Positions 1 to 10,104 are shown, counted from the first letter of the stretch. The stretch: 64,000 nt of DNA from an uncultured bacterium (GCA_964570935.1 CAZMZP010000075.1:19173-83172), one strand, 5' to 3'. The notes: a model not told the origin generated them from the sequence alone. Program-made: numbers and translations.

Positions 1-2
1 TG

Positions 3-713
3 GGCTACGGGACGAGTCTCGTGGGAGCGGGAGTGAGCCCGCTGAGCGCGGCCAGGCCCGTCCGGCTTCACTTCGTCACGATGGAAGAGCGCATGTGGTA
101 CAACCTCGACCTGAGCAGCCAGCAGTTCATGATCCCGGCCATAGTCGTAGTGCTGCTGACGATTCTGCCCATGATGCTGTCCGCCATGGGCCTGGTCAAA
201 GAGAAGGAGATCGGCACGCTCGAACAGCTCATGGTCACACCGCTCAGGAAACACGAGCTGCTGATCGGGAAAATCGTCCCCTTCCTCTGCCTCACATACA
301 TCGAGCTCACAATCGTGATGACGGTGGCGGTAACGCTGTTCAGGATTCCCATGAACGGAAGCTACGTGCTGCTGGCGCTGCTGGCCTCCGTCTATCTGTT
401 CTCCACGCTGGGGCTGGGCATCTTCATCTCCACGGTCACGCGCTCGCAGCAGCAGGCGATGTTCGTGGCCTGGTTCTTCATGGTGTTCATGATAATCATG
501 GGCGGGGTGTTCATCCCCATAGAGAACATGCCGGCCGGCCTCCAGAAGCTCACCTATCTTGACCCGATGCGCTATTTCGTGAGCATCGTGCGCGACATCT
601 TCCAGAAGGGCTCGTCGCTCGGCTTCCTCCTCAAGGACGTGATCCCGATGGCCGCGTTCGGGCTTCTAATCTTCTCCGCCAGCGTGGCCAGGTTCCAGAA
701 ACGAGTCGGTTAG
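3..713 (+). CDS. ABC-2 type transporter permease (YbhR-like), 5' truncated by window edge
   Basis: Open frame from position 3; EKEIGTLEQLMVTPL motif, multiple TM segments, DPMRYF near C-terminus. Confidence 0.9.
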   Translation, partial: GYGTSLVGAGVSPLSAARPVRLHFVTMEERMWYNLDLSSQQFMIPAIVVVLLTILPMMLSAMGLVKEKEIGTLEQLMVTPLRKHELLIGKIVPFLCLTYIELTIVMTVAVTLFRIPMNGSYVLLALLASVYLFSTLGLGIFISTVTRSQQQAMFVAWFFMVFMIIMGGVFIPIENMPAGLQKLTYLDPMRYFVSIVRDIFQKGSSLGFLLKDVIPMAAFGLLIFSASVARFQKRVG

Positions 714-864
714 GCCGGAAGGGCGCGCGCGGCCGTTCGACGGAGCGCCGGCCCGCGGGCGCGGTCGCTGGCGCGCCGGGCCGCAAGCCGGCCACACGCG
801 TTCTCATTTGCGTTGCGAAACTGGCCGCAATAGGGCAAGCTATGCGGACAAAGGAGGACTGCTG

Positions 865-1686
865 ATGAGCTTCACGGAAGTATTGCTCCTGCCGCGCGTG
901 TGGGTGAGCGCCATGTTCAGCGTTGCCGGCCTGCTGCTGCTTCTCAGGGCGAGGGTCACACACCGCCTGCGGCTTGTGTTCCTCTCGCTGGCGTTTTTCG
1001 TGTTCGGCGTGTCCTTCCTTCTTCCTCTGGGCCGTTTCTCGGAAGGCATGGGCATCCATCCCAGCCCGATATGCATAGTCGCCAAACCGTTCCTGTTCTT
1101 GAACGCCGGCCGGCCGGTCCCCATGGTGTTTCTGGCCATACTGGCCTCGGTGGCGGTGCTCAGTATCGTGGGGAACAAGCTTTTCTGCGGTTGGGTCTGC
1201 CCAGTCGGAGCCATCCAGGAGATCTGTCATCGCATTCCGCTGCCCGGAGGACTGAAGAGGAAGCTGCCGTTCGGCGTGACCAACCCCATTCGCCTGACGC
1301 TGTTTGTGGTCGCCGTAGTACTGGCCCTCGCCGCGGGAGTCGACCTGTACGATTACTTCAACCCGTTCGACTTTCTGCACTGGGGACTCCAGCCGCTCGT
1401 CATCGGGGTGTTCGCCTTCACCCTCGTCGCGGGTCTGTTCATGTTCCGGCCGTTCTGCTATGTTGTCTGCCCGCTGGGCCTGGTGACGTGGTTTCTGGAG
1501 CACGCGGCCATCACCAAAGTGAAGCTTGACAGGCAGAAGTGTACGAGCTGCAATGTTTGCGTCGAGCTGAGTCCGTGCCCGGCGGTGCAGCCGATACTGG
1601 ACGGCAAGGCCTCGCGGCCAGACTGCCACGCCTGCGGCCGATGCATAGAGGTCTGCCCCGAGAGAGCGCTCCGTTTCAGGGCGTGA
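865..1686 (+). CDS. Membrane-bound 4Fe-4S binding protein (NapH/RdxA/YccM-like)
   Basis: AAGGAGG 4-5 nt before ATG 865; FCGWVCPVG and FCYVVCPLG motifs; C-terminal CTSCNVCVELSPC and CHACGRCIEVCP. Confidence 0.85.
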   Translation: MSFTEVLLLPRVWVSAMFSVAGLLLLLRARVTHRLRLVFLSLAFFVFGVSFLLPLGRFSEGMGIHPSPICIVAKPFLFLNAGRPVPMVFLAILASVAVLSIVGNKLFCGWVCPVGAIQEICHRIPLPGGLKRKLPFGVTNPIRLTLFVVAVVLALAAGVDLYDYFNPFDFLHWGLQPLVIGVFAFTLVAGLFMFRPFCYVVCPLGLVTWFLEHAAITKVKLDRQKCTSCNVCVELSPCPAVQPILDGKASRPDCHACGRCIEVCPERALRFRA

Positions 1687-1793
1687 CCGGCTGCGGCGTG
1701 ACGGCAGCGCGCAACCAGCTGACGCACGGCGAGCGGCTGAGGCGCGTGGGCGCCTCACCGGCAATTTGGCTCAATGAACCTCGGAGGTCGTTG

Positions 1794-2597
1794 ATGCAGG
1801 CAAAACCACTCGAGAACAGCATGTCAGCGCGTAATACGCGGGCAGCGGGCCGTTCGTCCGGCCGGTGGGGCAGCACAGTCGCCGCCATGCGGCCCCGGGA
1901 CATAGTGCTGGCGGTCCTTCTCCTCGGCTCGGTCTGGGGAATGGTGGAAGTCGTGCTGGGTGGGGCCATAAAGCAGGCGGGGTTGCCGCACCGCGTGGCC
2001 ATAGTGGCCGGTCTCGGCATGGGGATAATGGGAATCGGGCTGGGCGCGTTCCGCCGGGTCTACATGCTTCCCCTCATCGCGCTGGTGGCGGTCTGCGTGA
2101 AACAGCTCGTGGTCCCGATTCTGCACGTCCCGCTTCTGTGCAAGGCCAATTCGTGTCTCGCGGTCCTGATAGAGGGAGGCGCCCTCGCGGGTCTGGTCGC
2201 TGCCGCGGGCTCCCGCCTTACCGGGCGTGATTCAAACCCTGACGTCGGCCGAGGTGTGGGGAGGGGGCAATGGCTGACCGCTGCCGTGGTCGCCGGGGGT
2301 GCAGCGCTCCTGGCCTCAGGCGCATTCCACACCGCCGGGATGAGGGTGGCGCCTTGTGACCATCTACTCTCTTACAATCGAGCCCTCGGCCTGCTCACGT
2401 ACGTCACAACGAGAGGAAGCTTCTGGGCGGTATCGTCAGCTGTGTTTTTCCCCCTCGGGTACGTGCTGGGACTTCGGCTCGAGGATTCTGTCGCGGCCGC
2501 CCGTCGGGGCAGACCCGCTCTGTACTACCTCGCCGCCGCGTTGTGTGTGGCCGCCTGCTGGGGAGCAAGCGCCGTGGCAATATCAGCCGGGTTGTAG
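1794..2597 (+). CDS. Hypothetical integral membrane protein
   Basis: GGAGG at 1783-1787 before ATG 1794; several hydrophobic segments; CKANSC motif; followed by terminator. Confidence 0.7.
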   Translation: MQAKPLENSMSARNTRAAGRSSGRWGSTVAAMRPRDIVLAVLLLGSVWGMVEVVLGGAIKQAGLPHRVAIVAGLGMGIMGIGLGAFRRVYMLPLIALVAVCVKQLVVPILHVPLLCKANSCLAVLIEGGALAGLVAAAGSRLTGRDSNPDVGRGVGRGQWLTAAVVAGGAALLASGAFHTAGMRVAPCDHLLSYNRALGLLTYVTTRGSFWAVSSAVFFPLGYVLGLRLEDSVAAARRGRPALYYLAAALCVAACWGASAVAISAGL

Positions 2598-2622
2598 GCG
2601 CTCCTTCATGACTGCTCGAAGA

Positions 2623-2656
2623 GGGGCCCGCTGTTAAAGCGGGCCCTTTCGTTTTC
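2623..2656 (+). terminator. Rho-independent terminator
   Basis: GGGCCCGC-TGTTAAA-GCGGGCCC followed by TTTCGTTTT. Confidence 0.75.
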
Positions 2657-2772
2657 CCGCGCAGTCCTGGTCTGCTTCTGGTAGAATGGCCTTGAGGAAA
2701 GACGCCGGGCCACGGCGAGCGAGCCGGGTGGCCCGGGAGACGCGGCGGCCTACTGCTGAACGAGGGAGGCAC

Positions 2773-4086
2773 ATGGTACCCGAGCCCGACACTTTCCCGG
2801 CGCCCCCCGGCGCTCTCGAAGAAGAAAACAGGCGGCTCAGGCGGGCCGTAGAAGAGCTGACCATACTGAACGACCTCGCGCGCGCCATAGGCGCCTCACA
2901 CAATTCCCAGGAAATAATGAACACCATCATCCGCCGGTCTCTGCGCGCGGTCAACGCGGAGCAGGGCGTGATAACGCTGGTGGACGAGAAGGCCAACCAG
3001 CCCATGAAAACCCTCATCCGCACGATGGTGAGCTCGGCAGAGCACCAGCCGCTGCACTTGAATCAGTCCCTTCTGGGCTGGATGTACTTGAACAAACGTC
3101 CGCTTCTGATCAACGACCCGGCCGCCGACGACAGGTTCAAGGGCGTGAGGTGGGACGACACGGTCCGCTCGCTTCTGTGCGCGCCCTTGCTCATCAAGTC
3201 CGAGCTGAAGGGCGTGCTGACGGTCTACAACAAGAGGGGCGCCACTGTTTTCACCGAGGAGGATCAGAGACTTCTCGCCATCATAGCCGGCCAGTCCTCC
3301 CAGATCATCGAGACCGCCCGGCTTTACGAGGAAGAGCAGGCGCTCGTTCACATGCGCGAGGAGCTGAGGCTTGCGTTGGACATCCAGCTGGGGCTCCTGC
3401 CCAAGAGCGCTCCCGTGGTGCCCGGGTACGACATCGCCGGCAGGAGCATTCCTGCCGAAGTCGTCGGAGGGGACTATTTCGATTTCATACACAAGGAAGA
3501 GGGCCAGCTCGCGTTCTGTCTGGGCGACATTTCGGGGAAGGGCATGCCCGCGGCCGTCCTGATGGCAAACTTACAGGCCACGATACGAGGCCAGACTCTC
3601 CTCAAGTGCAGCCCCAAGGAGTGCATGGGCCGCTCCAACACGCTCCTGTATCTCAGCACTGACCCGGAGAAGTTCGCTACGCTGTTCTACGGCATTTTGG
3701 ACGCCCGGAACCACCGGCTGTGCTACTGCAACGCCGGGCACGAACGTCCCTACATGGTGACCTCCGGCGGCAGAGACACCGGGAAGCTGGTGCGGCTGGA
3801 CGTAGGAGGCATCATCCTGGGCTGCGTCGAGCAGTTTCCGTACGAAGAGACCTGCGTGCCGTTAAACAGCGGCGACGTGGTCGTGGTGTTCTCGGACGGG
3901 GTCACCGAGGCCATGAGTGAGACGAGTGAGGAGTACGGCGAGGACAGAATCGTCCGGCTCCTGGCCGAGAACCCGAACGAGTCCGCCTCGGGGCTGATAG
4001 ACAAGCTCGTGGCGTCAGTCACGAAGCACTCGGGGAGCCGCTCACAGACCGACGACATCACTCTGGTGGTCATCCGACGGGAGTGA
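2773..4086 (+). CDS. GAF-domain PP2C/SpoIIE family Ser/Thr phosphatase (RsbU-like)
   Basis: GGAGG before ATG 2773; GAF region; GGDYFD, LGDISGKG, FSDGVTEA, TDDITLVV motifs. Confidence 0.9.
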   Translation: MVPEPDTFPAPPGALEEENRRLRRAVEELTILNDLARAIGASHNSQEIMNTIIRRSLRAVNAEQGVITLVDEKANQPMKTLIRTMVSSAEHQPLHLNQSLLGWMYLNKRPLLINDPAADDRFKGVRWDDTVRSLLCAPLLIKSELKGVLTVYNKRGATVFTEEDQRLLAIIAGQSSQIIETARLYEEEQALVHMREELRLALDIQLGLLPKSAPVVPGYDIAGRSIPAEVVGGDYFDFIHKEEGQLAFCLGDISGKGMPAAVLMANLQATIRGQTLLKCSPKECMGRSNTLLYLSTDPEKFATLFYGILDARNHRLCYCNAGHERPYMVTSGGRDTGKLVRLDVGGIILGCVEQFPYEETCVPLNSGDVVVVFSDGVTEAMSETSEEYGEDRIVRLLAENPNESASGLIDKLVASVTKHSGSRSQTDDITLVVIRRE

Positions 4087-4123
4087 TCGAGGCAGGGATC
4101 CGGATTCCTACCATGCCAGGAAC

Positions 4124-6427
4124 ATGGAAGACCTGACAGGCAAAACCATTTCCCATTACAGAGTGTCCGCGCGCCTGGGCGCCGGCGGCATGGGCGTCGT
4201 GTACGGCGCCGAAGACACGAAACTCAAACGTCCGGTGGCTCTAAAGTTCATATCCCCGGAACTGACCACGGACCCGGAGGCCAAGGAGCGCTTCGTCCAC
4301 GAGGCTCAGACGGCCTCGTCGTTTGACCATCCCAGCATCTGCACGATACACGAAATAGACGAAACTCCCGACGGACAGTTGTTTATAGTGATGCCGTTCT
4401 ACAGCGGCCAGACCCTCGACGATAGGATTCGGCGAGGCCCGCTTCCTCTTGAGACAGCGCTGGACATCTCGGTGCGAGTTGTCGAGGGACTCGCCATGGC
4501 GCACGGACGAGGGGTCGTCCACAGGGACATCAAGCCCGCCAATATCTTTGTGATGGACGATGGCCAGGTGAAGATTCTGGATTTTGGGCTGGCAAAGCTC
4601 GGGGGTCTGTCCAAGCTGACCAGGCCGGGCTTCACGGTCGGGACTATGGCATACATGGCCCCGGAGCAGCTGAAGGGTGAAGAAGTCGACGGGAGAGCGG
4701 ACATCTGGTCCATGGGAGTCGTCCTTTACGAAACACTGTCCGGACGGCCTCCGTTCAAGGCAGACTATCCCGAGGCGCTAATCTACTCCGTACTCAGCAC
4801 TGAGCCGGCGCCGCTCGGCAGCGGGGTCGGCGACCCCGCTGGAACGCTGGACCGCATAATCACCAGGGCGCTTGCCAAGAACCGGGAGTCCAGGTACCAG
4901 AGCGCAGAGGACCTCCTTCAGGCTCTGCAGGGCGTTCGGGATGGCCATGCTGTGGCCGGGGACACAGAACAGCGCCATTCCCCCAAACAGGTTCCTTCAA
5001 TCGCCGTGCTGCCGTTCGCGGACCTGAGCCCGTCCAGAGACCAGGAGTATTTCTGCGACGGGATGGCCGAAGAGATCATAAACGCCCTCACGCGGGTTGA
5101 CGGCCTCAAGGTGGTCGCGCGCACTTCCGCCTTCGCCTTCAAAGGAAAGAGTGATGACATCCGCGACATCGGCAGACGGCTTTCCGTTCAGACTGTCATG
5201 GAAGGCGGCGTGCGCAAAGCCGGCGACAGGCTTCGAATCACCGTGCAGCTCGTAGACGTGACCGACGGCTATCAGCTATGGTCTGAGCGGTTTGACCGGC
5301 AGCTCGAGGACGTGTTCGCGGTCCAGGACGAGATCTCCAGGGCCATTGTGGACAAACTGAAAGTGGAACTTTTGCACGACGAGATGGTCGAAGTGCTGAA
5401 GCGCTCCACCTCCAACGTCGAGGCGTACCAGCTGTACCTGGAGGGGCGCTACCACTGGAACAGGCGGACGGCCACCGGGCTCGCGAAGTCGATCGCGCTC
5501 TTCCACAAGGCCGTCGCGTTGGACCCGGGCTACGCGCTTGCACACGCTGGTCTGGCCGACGCTTACAACATTCTCACCGGCTTCGGCGAGGGCCCGGACG
5601 AAGAGCTGTTCAAGAAGGCGGAGGACGCGGCGGCCAAGGCGCTGAGCATCGACGGCCGCTTGGCAGAGGCGCACACGGCGCTCGCGTACGCACGAGCAGG
5701 GCGCTGGGATTGGGCCGGCGCCGAGAGGCAGTACGCCAAGGCCATGGAGCTTAACCCGGACTACGCCCCTGCGCAGCAATGGTTTGCTTCGTACCTGGTG
5801 GCCATGGGCAGGTTTGACGAGGCCCTTCGCCGCATGAAGACAGCCCGGCAGCTCGACCCGCTGTCCCTGATCATCAATCTCGGGGAGGCCAACGTGCACT
5901 ACTACGCCGGGCAGTGGGACGGAGCCGAGGAGCAGTGCAGAAAGGTCCTCGAGTTGGATCCTGGCTTCGCGCTCGCGCACCAGCGTCTGGGGGCGATCTA
6001 CTTACAAAAGGGGGCGCACGAGAGGGGGCTGGAGGAGTTGGCTGTGTCGGCTAACCTCCTTTCCGGTGATAGAATGCCGATACTCCCGTGGCTCGGATTC
6101 GGATACGGGATCGCCGGGAGGGCGTCCGATGCTGGCAAGGTGCTGGATGAGCTTGAGGCCCTGTCCAGGGAGCGTCACGTCCCAGGGACCATGTTTGCCA
6201 TGGTCTACGCCGGCATGGGAGACAAAGAGCGCGTGATTCGTATGTTGCGGAAGGCATTTCAGGAGCGGGAAAGCTCGCTGATAACGCTGAAAGTGGAGCC
6301 GGTATTCAGAAGTCTCCGTTCAGACCCGGCTTTCCAGGCGATACTCGAAGACATGGGGCTCGCGGGGCCGCCGCGACGCTCCGCTAGTGGGGCAGTTCTC
6401 GGAGAGAATACGCATGAAAAGACGTGA
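4124..6427 (+). CDS. Hanks-type Ser/Thr protein kinase with TolB-N-like domain and TPR repeats
   Basis: LGAGGMGVVY, VALK, HRDIKPAN, DFGLAK, GTMAYMAPE; then SIAVLPFADLS...DQEYFCDGMAEE and TPR-like helices. Confidence 0.92.
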   Translation: MEDLTGKTISHYRVSARLGAGGMGVVYGAEDTKLKRPVALKFISPELTTDPEAKERFVHEAQTASSFDHPSICTIHEIDETPDGQLFIVMPFYSGQTLDDRIRRGPLPLETALDISVRVVEGLAMAHGRGVVHRDIKPANIFVMDDGQVKILDFGLAKLGGLSKLTRPGFTVGTMAYMAPEQLKGEEVDGRADIWSMGVVLYETLSGRPPFKADYPEALIYSVLSTEPAPLGSGVGDPAGTLDRIITRALAKNRESRYQSAEDLLQALQGVRDGHAVAGDTEQRHSPKQVPSIAVLPFADLSPSRDQEYFCDGMAEEIINALTRVDGLKVVARTSAFAFKGKSDDIRDIGRRLSVQTVMEGGVRKAGDRLRITVQLVDVTDGYQLWSERFDRQLEDVFAVQDEISRAIVDKLKVELLHDEMVEVLKRSTSNVEAYQLYLEGRYHWNRRTATGLAKSIALFHKAVALDPGYALAHAGLADAYNILTGFGEGPDEELFKKAEDAAAKALSIDGRLAEAHTALAYARAGRWDWAGAERQYAKAMELNPDYAPAQQWFASYLVAMGRFDEALRRMKTARQLDPLSLIINLGEANVHYYAGQWDGAEEQCRKVLELDPGFALAHQRLGAIYLQKGAHERGLEELAVSANLLSGDRMPILPWLGFGYGIAGRASDAGKVLDELEALSRERHVPGTMFAMVYAGMGDKERVIRMLRKAFQERESSLITLKVEPVFRSLRSDPAFQAILEDMGLAGPPRRSASGAVLGENTHEKT

Positions 6428-7133
6428 AGACCTCGTCGTGTGCCAGGTGTGCAAGAAACGGAAGCGCCTGAGCGAAGTCCTGCCTGCCGGGATGGTGCGG
6501 GATTCAGTCGTGGAAGTAATAAAAAAGACTCACCCCGACTGGTCCCCGGACGGGTTTGTGTGCACGTCCGACCTGAACCACTTCAGGACGGAGTACGTCA
6601 GGCGGGCGCTGGAGGTGGAGAGGGGAGAGCTCTCGGCCCTGGAGAACGAAGTCGTCAGAAGCCTCAAGGAGCAGGAAACCCTTTCCAAGAACGTCAACGC
6701 GGAGTTTGAAAGCCGGCTGACGTTCGGCGAGCGGATAGCAGACAAAGTCGCCGATTTCGGAGGCAGCTGGCGCTTCCTGATAATCTTTGGCTCCGTGCTT
6801 GTGCTTTGGGTGGGGATCAACTCAGTCGTGATGCTCTTGAGGCCGTTCGACCCCTACCCCTTCATTCTATTGAACCTCATCCTGTCCTGCCTCGCGGCCG
6901 CCCAGGCTCCGATTATCATGATGAGCCAGAACAGACAGGAGGCCAAGGACAGGCTGCGGAGCGAACACGATTACAAGATCAACCTCCGGGCCGAGCTGGA
7001 GATCCGCCATCTTCATGCAAAGGTCGACCAGTTGATGAACCACCAGTGGCAAAGGCTGATGGAAATCCAGGAAATCCAGACCGAGCTTATGCAGCAATTA
7101 GTCCCCGGGACGCGGCCGCAAGACGAAAGCTAG
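6414..7133 (+). CDS. DUF1003-like membrane protein
   Basis: TFGERIADKVADFGGSW, FDPYPFILLNL, APIIMMSQNRQ motifs; N-terminal CQVC...FVC; start overlaps kinase 3' end. Confidence 0.85.
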   Translation: MKRREDLVVCQVCKKRKRLSEVLPAGMVRDSVVEVIKKTHPDWSPDGFVCTSDLNHFRTEYVRRALEVERGELSALENEVVRSLKEQETLSKNVNAEFESRLTFGERIADKVADFGGSWRFLIIFGSVLVLWVGINSVVMLLRPFDPYPFILLNLILSCLAAAQAPIIMMSQNRQEAKDRLRSEHDYKINLRAELEIRHLHAKVDQLMNHQWQRLMEIQEIQTELMQQLVPGTRPQDES

Positions 7134-7188
7134 ACCGTTTCCCCATTCTCGCCGCCCCGCGAGCCGACCGAGGCTCCGTCCTTTTGTG

Positions 7189-7217
7189 TTGACCAAATCC
7201 CTCCCTGACTGTACCGT
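7189..7217 (+). promoter_or_regulatory. Putative sigma70 promoter of the DUF6754-like/TldD unit
   Basis: TTGACC-17 nt-TACCGT. Confidence 0.45.
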
Positions 7218-7290
7218 TTTGCCTGGATACGAGTTCTATCGCTTGTTCTGGAGCCCGGGGCGAATCTGCTCTTTCCGAAAGGAGGAAAGA

Positions 7291-8526
7291 ATGCCCGTTT
7301 CATCCAGGAACCGAGTCTTCTTCCTGCCGCTCGCCGTGTTTCTTCTTGCCATGATTCCCTTCCTCGTGTTTTCAGCCCGTGCAGACGGCCAGCCGCCGCC
7401 CGAGCAGGTCGGCGCGGTTGGCGTCGCGGAGGCGGCGCCTGATTCGGTCCTCCTCATGTTGACGCCAGTGGGGCACTTGACCGCTTCAGACACGCCCAGC
7501 GACGAGGGCGGGAGCATGACGGTCAAGTGGACCGAGCCCGAGAACGCCGCCCAGCTCGGCCTCACGTACAGAGTCATGAGAGCCGAGAGCCACCAGGGCC
7601 AGTACGCGGAGGTCTGCGAGCTTGCGGCGGGGGAGCACGAGTACGTGGACGCGGGACTCACTGACGGCAAGCAGTACTGCTACAAAGTGCTGTCGGTCGT
7701 GGGGCCCAGTGTCGCCGAGTCGGCGCCGACCTTGCCCGCCTTTCCCAGGGGCAACTGGTTCAGGATGTTCCGGCTCAACGCCCTGGTGCTTCTCATAATC
7801 TTCTCCAGCTCCGTCCTCTTCTACATCGCGCGAGCTCGCGGGGGCAAGCCCATCTACATCAGAAAGATCGCCGGCCTGAACGCCGTGGACGAGGCCGTGG
7901 GCAGGGCCACGGAAATGGGCAAGAAAATCCTCTACATCCCCGGCATCATGAGCATCGACGAAATACAGACCATCGCCAGTCTGGCCATCCTGGGACACGT
8001 CGCGAAGCTGAGCGCCCAGTACAACGCCGATTTGGAGGTCCCCAACAAGGACCCGCTCACGTTCGCGTCGGCCCGGGAAACCGTGAGGGAAGCGTATCTC
8101 GAGGCGGGAAGGCCCGACCTGTTCAGGGAAGAGATGGTCAACTACGTGACCTACGACCAGTTCGCGTACACGGCCTCGGTCACCGGCAAGATGGTGCGGG
8201 AGAAGCCGGCCACGAACTTCCTGATAGGCTCCTTCTACGCCGAGAGCCTTCTTCTGGCCGAGACCGGGCAGTCAGTGGGCGCGATTCAGATCTCCGGCAC
8301 GGCGGAGGTCGCGCAGCTCCCGTTCTTCGTGGTGGCGTGCGACTACACGCTCATCGGCGAGGAACTGTACGCGGCCAGCGCCTATCTATCCAGAGAGCCA
8401 GTCCTCCTGGGAAGCATAAAGGGACAGGACCTCACCAAGCTCCTCCTCATGCTTGCTCTTGGACTCGGCGTTATTCTTGAGTCTTTCGGTTTGGCTTTTG
8501 TTAAAGACGCCTTCAGGATGCAGTGA
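7291..8526 (+). CDS. Signal peptide + fibronectin-III + DUF6754-like membrane protein
   Basis: AAAGGAGG before ATG 7291; signal peptide ending ARA; FN3-like segment (TVKW...YRVMR...YVDAGL...YCYKV); TM; IRKIAGLNAVDEAVGRATEMGK; C-terminal TM. Family name from recall. Confidence 0.75.
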   Translation: MPVSSRNRVFFLPLAVFLLAMIPFLVFSARADGQPPPEQVGAVGVAEAAPDSVLLMLTPVGHLTASDTPSDEGGSMTVKWTEPENAAQLGLTYRVMRAESHQGQYAEVCELAAGEHEYVDAGLTDGKQYCYKVLSVVGPSVAESAPTLPAFPRGNWFRMFRLNALVLLIIFSSSVLFYIARARGGKPIYIRKIAGLNAVDEAVGRATEMGKKILYIPGIMSIDEIQTIASLAILGHVAKLSAQYNADLEVPNKDPLTFASARETVREAYLEAGRPDLFREEMVNYVTYDQFAYTASVTGKMVREKPATNFLIGSFYAESLLLAETGQSVGAIQISGTAEVAQLPFFVVACDYTLIGEELYAASAYLSREPVLLGSIKGQDLTKLLLMLALGLGVILESFGLAFVKDAFRMQ

Positions 8527-8552
8527 CATAGAGGGGTAAAGGAGGTTAAGAC

Positions 8553-9215
8553 ATGCGCAAACAGGTCCCACTGCTTCTGACGTTTTGCGCAGGGATGATT
8601 CCGATCATTGCGCTGTTTGTGCCGGAGAGACACGTCAGCACCGTCAGCACGACGCTGGACTCCTGGCTGATAATAGTCGCCGGATTCGCCCTGCTGCTGG
8701 GTGTCGTGAACGTCATCCAGATGAACACGAACAAGATAAAGAGAAGAAGTTCGGGCTGGCCTTACGCCATCGTGCTTCTGGCGGGGCTGGCAATAATGGG
8801 CACCTTCGGGTTCGCGGGCGCCTTCGGTGGGTTCGGCGGGATCGTCACCCGCCCGGACGGCACGTCCACGCCGTTCGACTGGCTGTACCAGAACGCGTTC
8901 CTTCCGCTCCAGGGCACGATGTTCGCCCTCCTGGCCTTCTTCATGGCCAGCGCCTCGTACAGGGCGTTCCGGGCCAGGAACGTGGAGGCCACCATTCTTC
9001 TCGTCGCGGCCCTCATCGTGATGTTTGGGCGGATTCCGTTCGGCGAGATGATCTCCAAATGGTGGCCGCTCACGACGGAGTGGATCATGGCCAGGCCCAA
9101 CATGGCCGCGCAGCGCGGCATCATGATTGGAGCCGGGTTGGGCGCGGCCTCGATGGCTCTCAGAGTGATTGTAGGAATCGAACGGTCGTACCTTGGGCTT
9201 GGCAAAGGCGAATAG
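8553..9215 (+). CDS. Uncharacterised multi-pass membrane protein (module gene B)
   Basis: AAAGGAGG RBS; about 6 TM segments; GTMFALLAFFMASASYRAFRARN. Confidence 0.8.
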   Translation: MRKQVPLLLTFCAGMIPIIALFVPERHVSTVSTTLDSWLIIVAGFALLLGVVNVIQMNTNKIKRRSSGWPYAIVLLAGLAIMGTFGFAGAFGGFGGIVTRPDGTSTPFDWLYQNAFLPLQGTMFALLAFFMASASYRAFRARNVEATILLVAALIVMFGRIPFGEMISKWWPLTTEWIMARPNMAAQRGIMIGAGLGAASMALRVIVGIERSYLGLGKGE

Positions 9216-9228
9216 AGAGGAGAATGCG

Positions 9229-10104
9229 ATGAACCTAGAACGAATAATGCAGGTTGATAGGCGCATCATCTACCTCTTCGTCGCCGTGGGTACGATTCTG
9301 CCTATCATTTTTGTGATTGGACTTCCGGTTTCGATCACTCCACCCGTGCAGATGGCGTTTGACAGGATAGAGAACCAGCTCAAGGCGGGCGACGTGGTTC
9401 TGGTCTCCTTCGACTACGGTCCTTCCTCCGCCCCCGAGAACGCGCCCATGGCCGACGCGTTCCTGCGACACTGTTTCTCAAAGGGCATCAAGGTCATAGT
9501 GATAGCTCTCTATCCTCTCGGCGGGCTCTCGGAGGCCGTGAGCGAGCTCAACAAGGTCGTGGCCGAGTTTCCGGACCTCGAGTACGGCGTCGACTACGTG
9601 AATCTCGGGTACAAGGACGGAGCCCAGGCCGCTATGCGGAAGATGAACGAGAACATCCACGAGGTCTTCCCGACGGACTTGCGGGGCACTCCGCTCAATC
9701 AGATTCCCATGATGAAGGACGTGAAGAACTACGCGGACGTCAAGCTCTGCATCACTCTCGCGACCGGCATCATAGGCGAATGGTGGGCGAACCTCGTCAA
9801 CGCGCAGTTCGGCCTGCCCGTCATCGTGGGGCCCACGGCGGTCTCGGCGCCCAAGTACTACGCCTACTTGGAGGCAAAGCAGATGGCCGGTCTCCTGGGA
9901 GGGCTCAAGGGCGCTTCCGAGTACGAGAGACTTGTGGTTAACAAGTACCCTCATCTCGCCGAGGTGTACGCCACTCCGGGCATGTACACCGCCACGAAGG
10001 GTATGGACGTGCAGTCGATAGTTCATCTCATCATGATCGCGTTCATCGTTCTCGGTAACGTGGTTTACTTCACTGGGAAAAGAAAACCACGCAAGGCCGC
10101 ATAG
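9229..10104 (+). CDS. Uncharacterised membrane-anchored alpha/beta protein (module gene C)
   Basis: GAGGAG RBS; N-terminal DRR+TM, soluble domain with FDYGPSSAPE, C-terminal TM and basic tail. Confidence 0.8.
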   Translation: MNLERIMQVDRRIIYLFVAVGTILPIIFVIGLPVSITPPVQMAFDRIENQLKAGDVVLVSFDYGPSSAPENAPMADAFLRHCFSKGIKVIVIALYPLGGLSEAVSELNKVVAEFPDLEYGVDYVNLGYKDGAQAAMRKMNENIHEVFPTDLRGTPLNQIPMMKDVKNYADVKLCITLATGIIGEWWANLVNAQFGLPVIVGPTAVSAPKYYAYLEAKQMAGLLGGLKGASEYERLVVNKYPHLAEVYATPGMYTATKGMDVQSIVHLIMIAFIVLGNVVYFTGKRKPRKAA

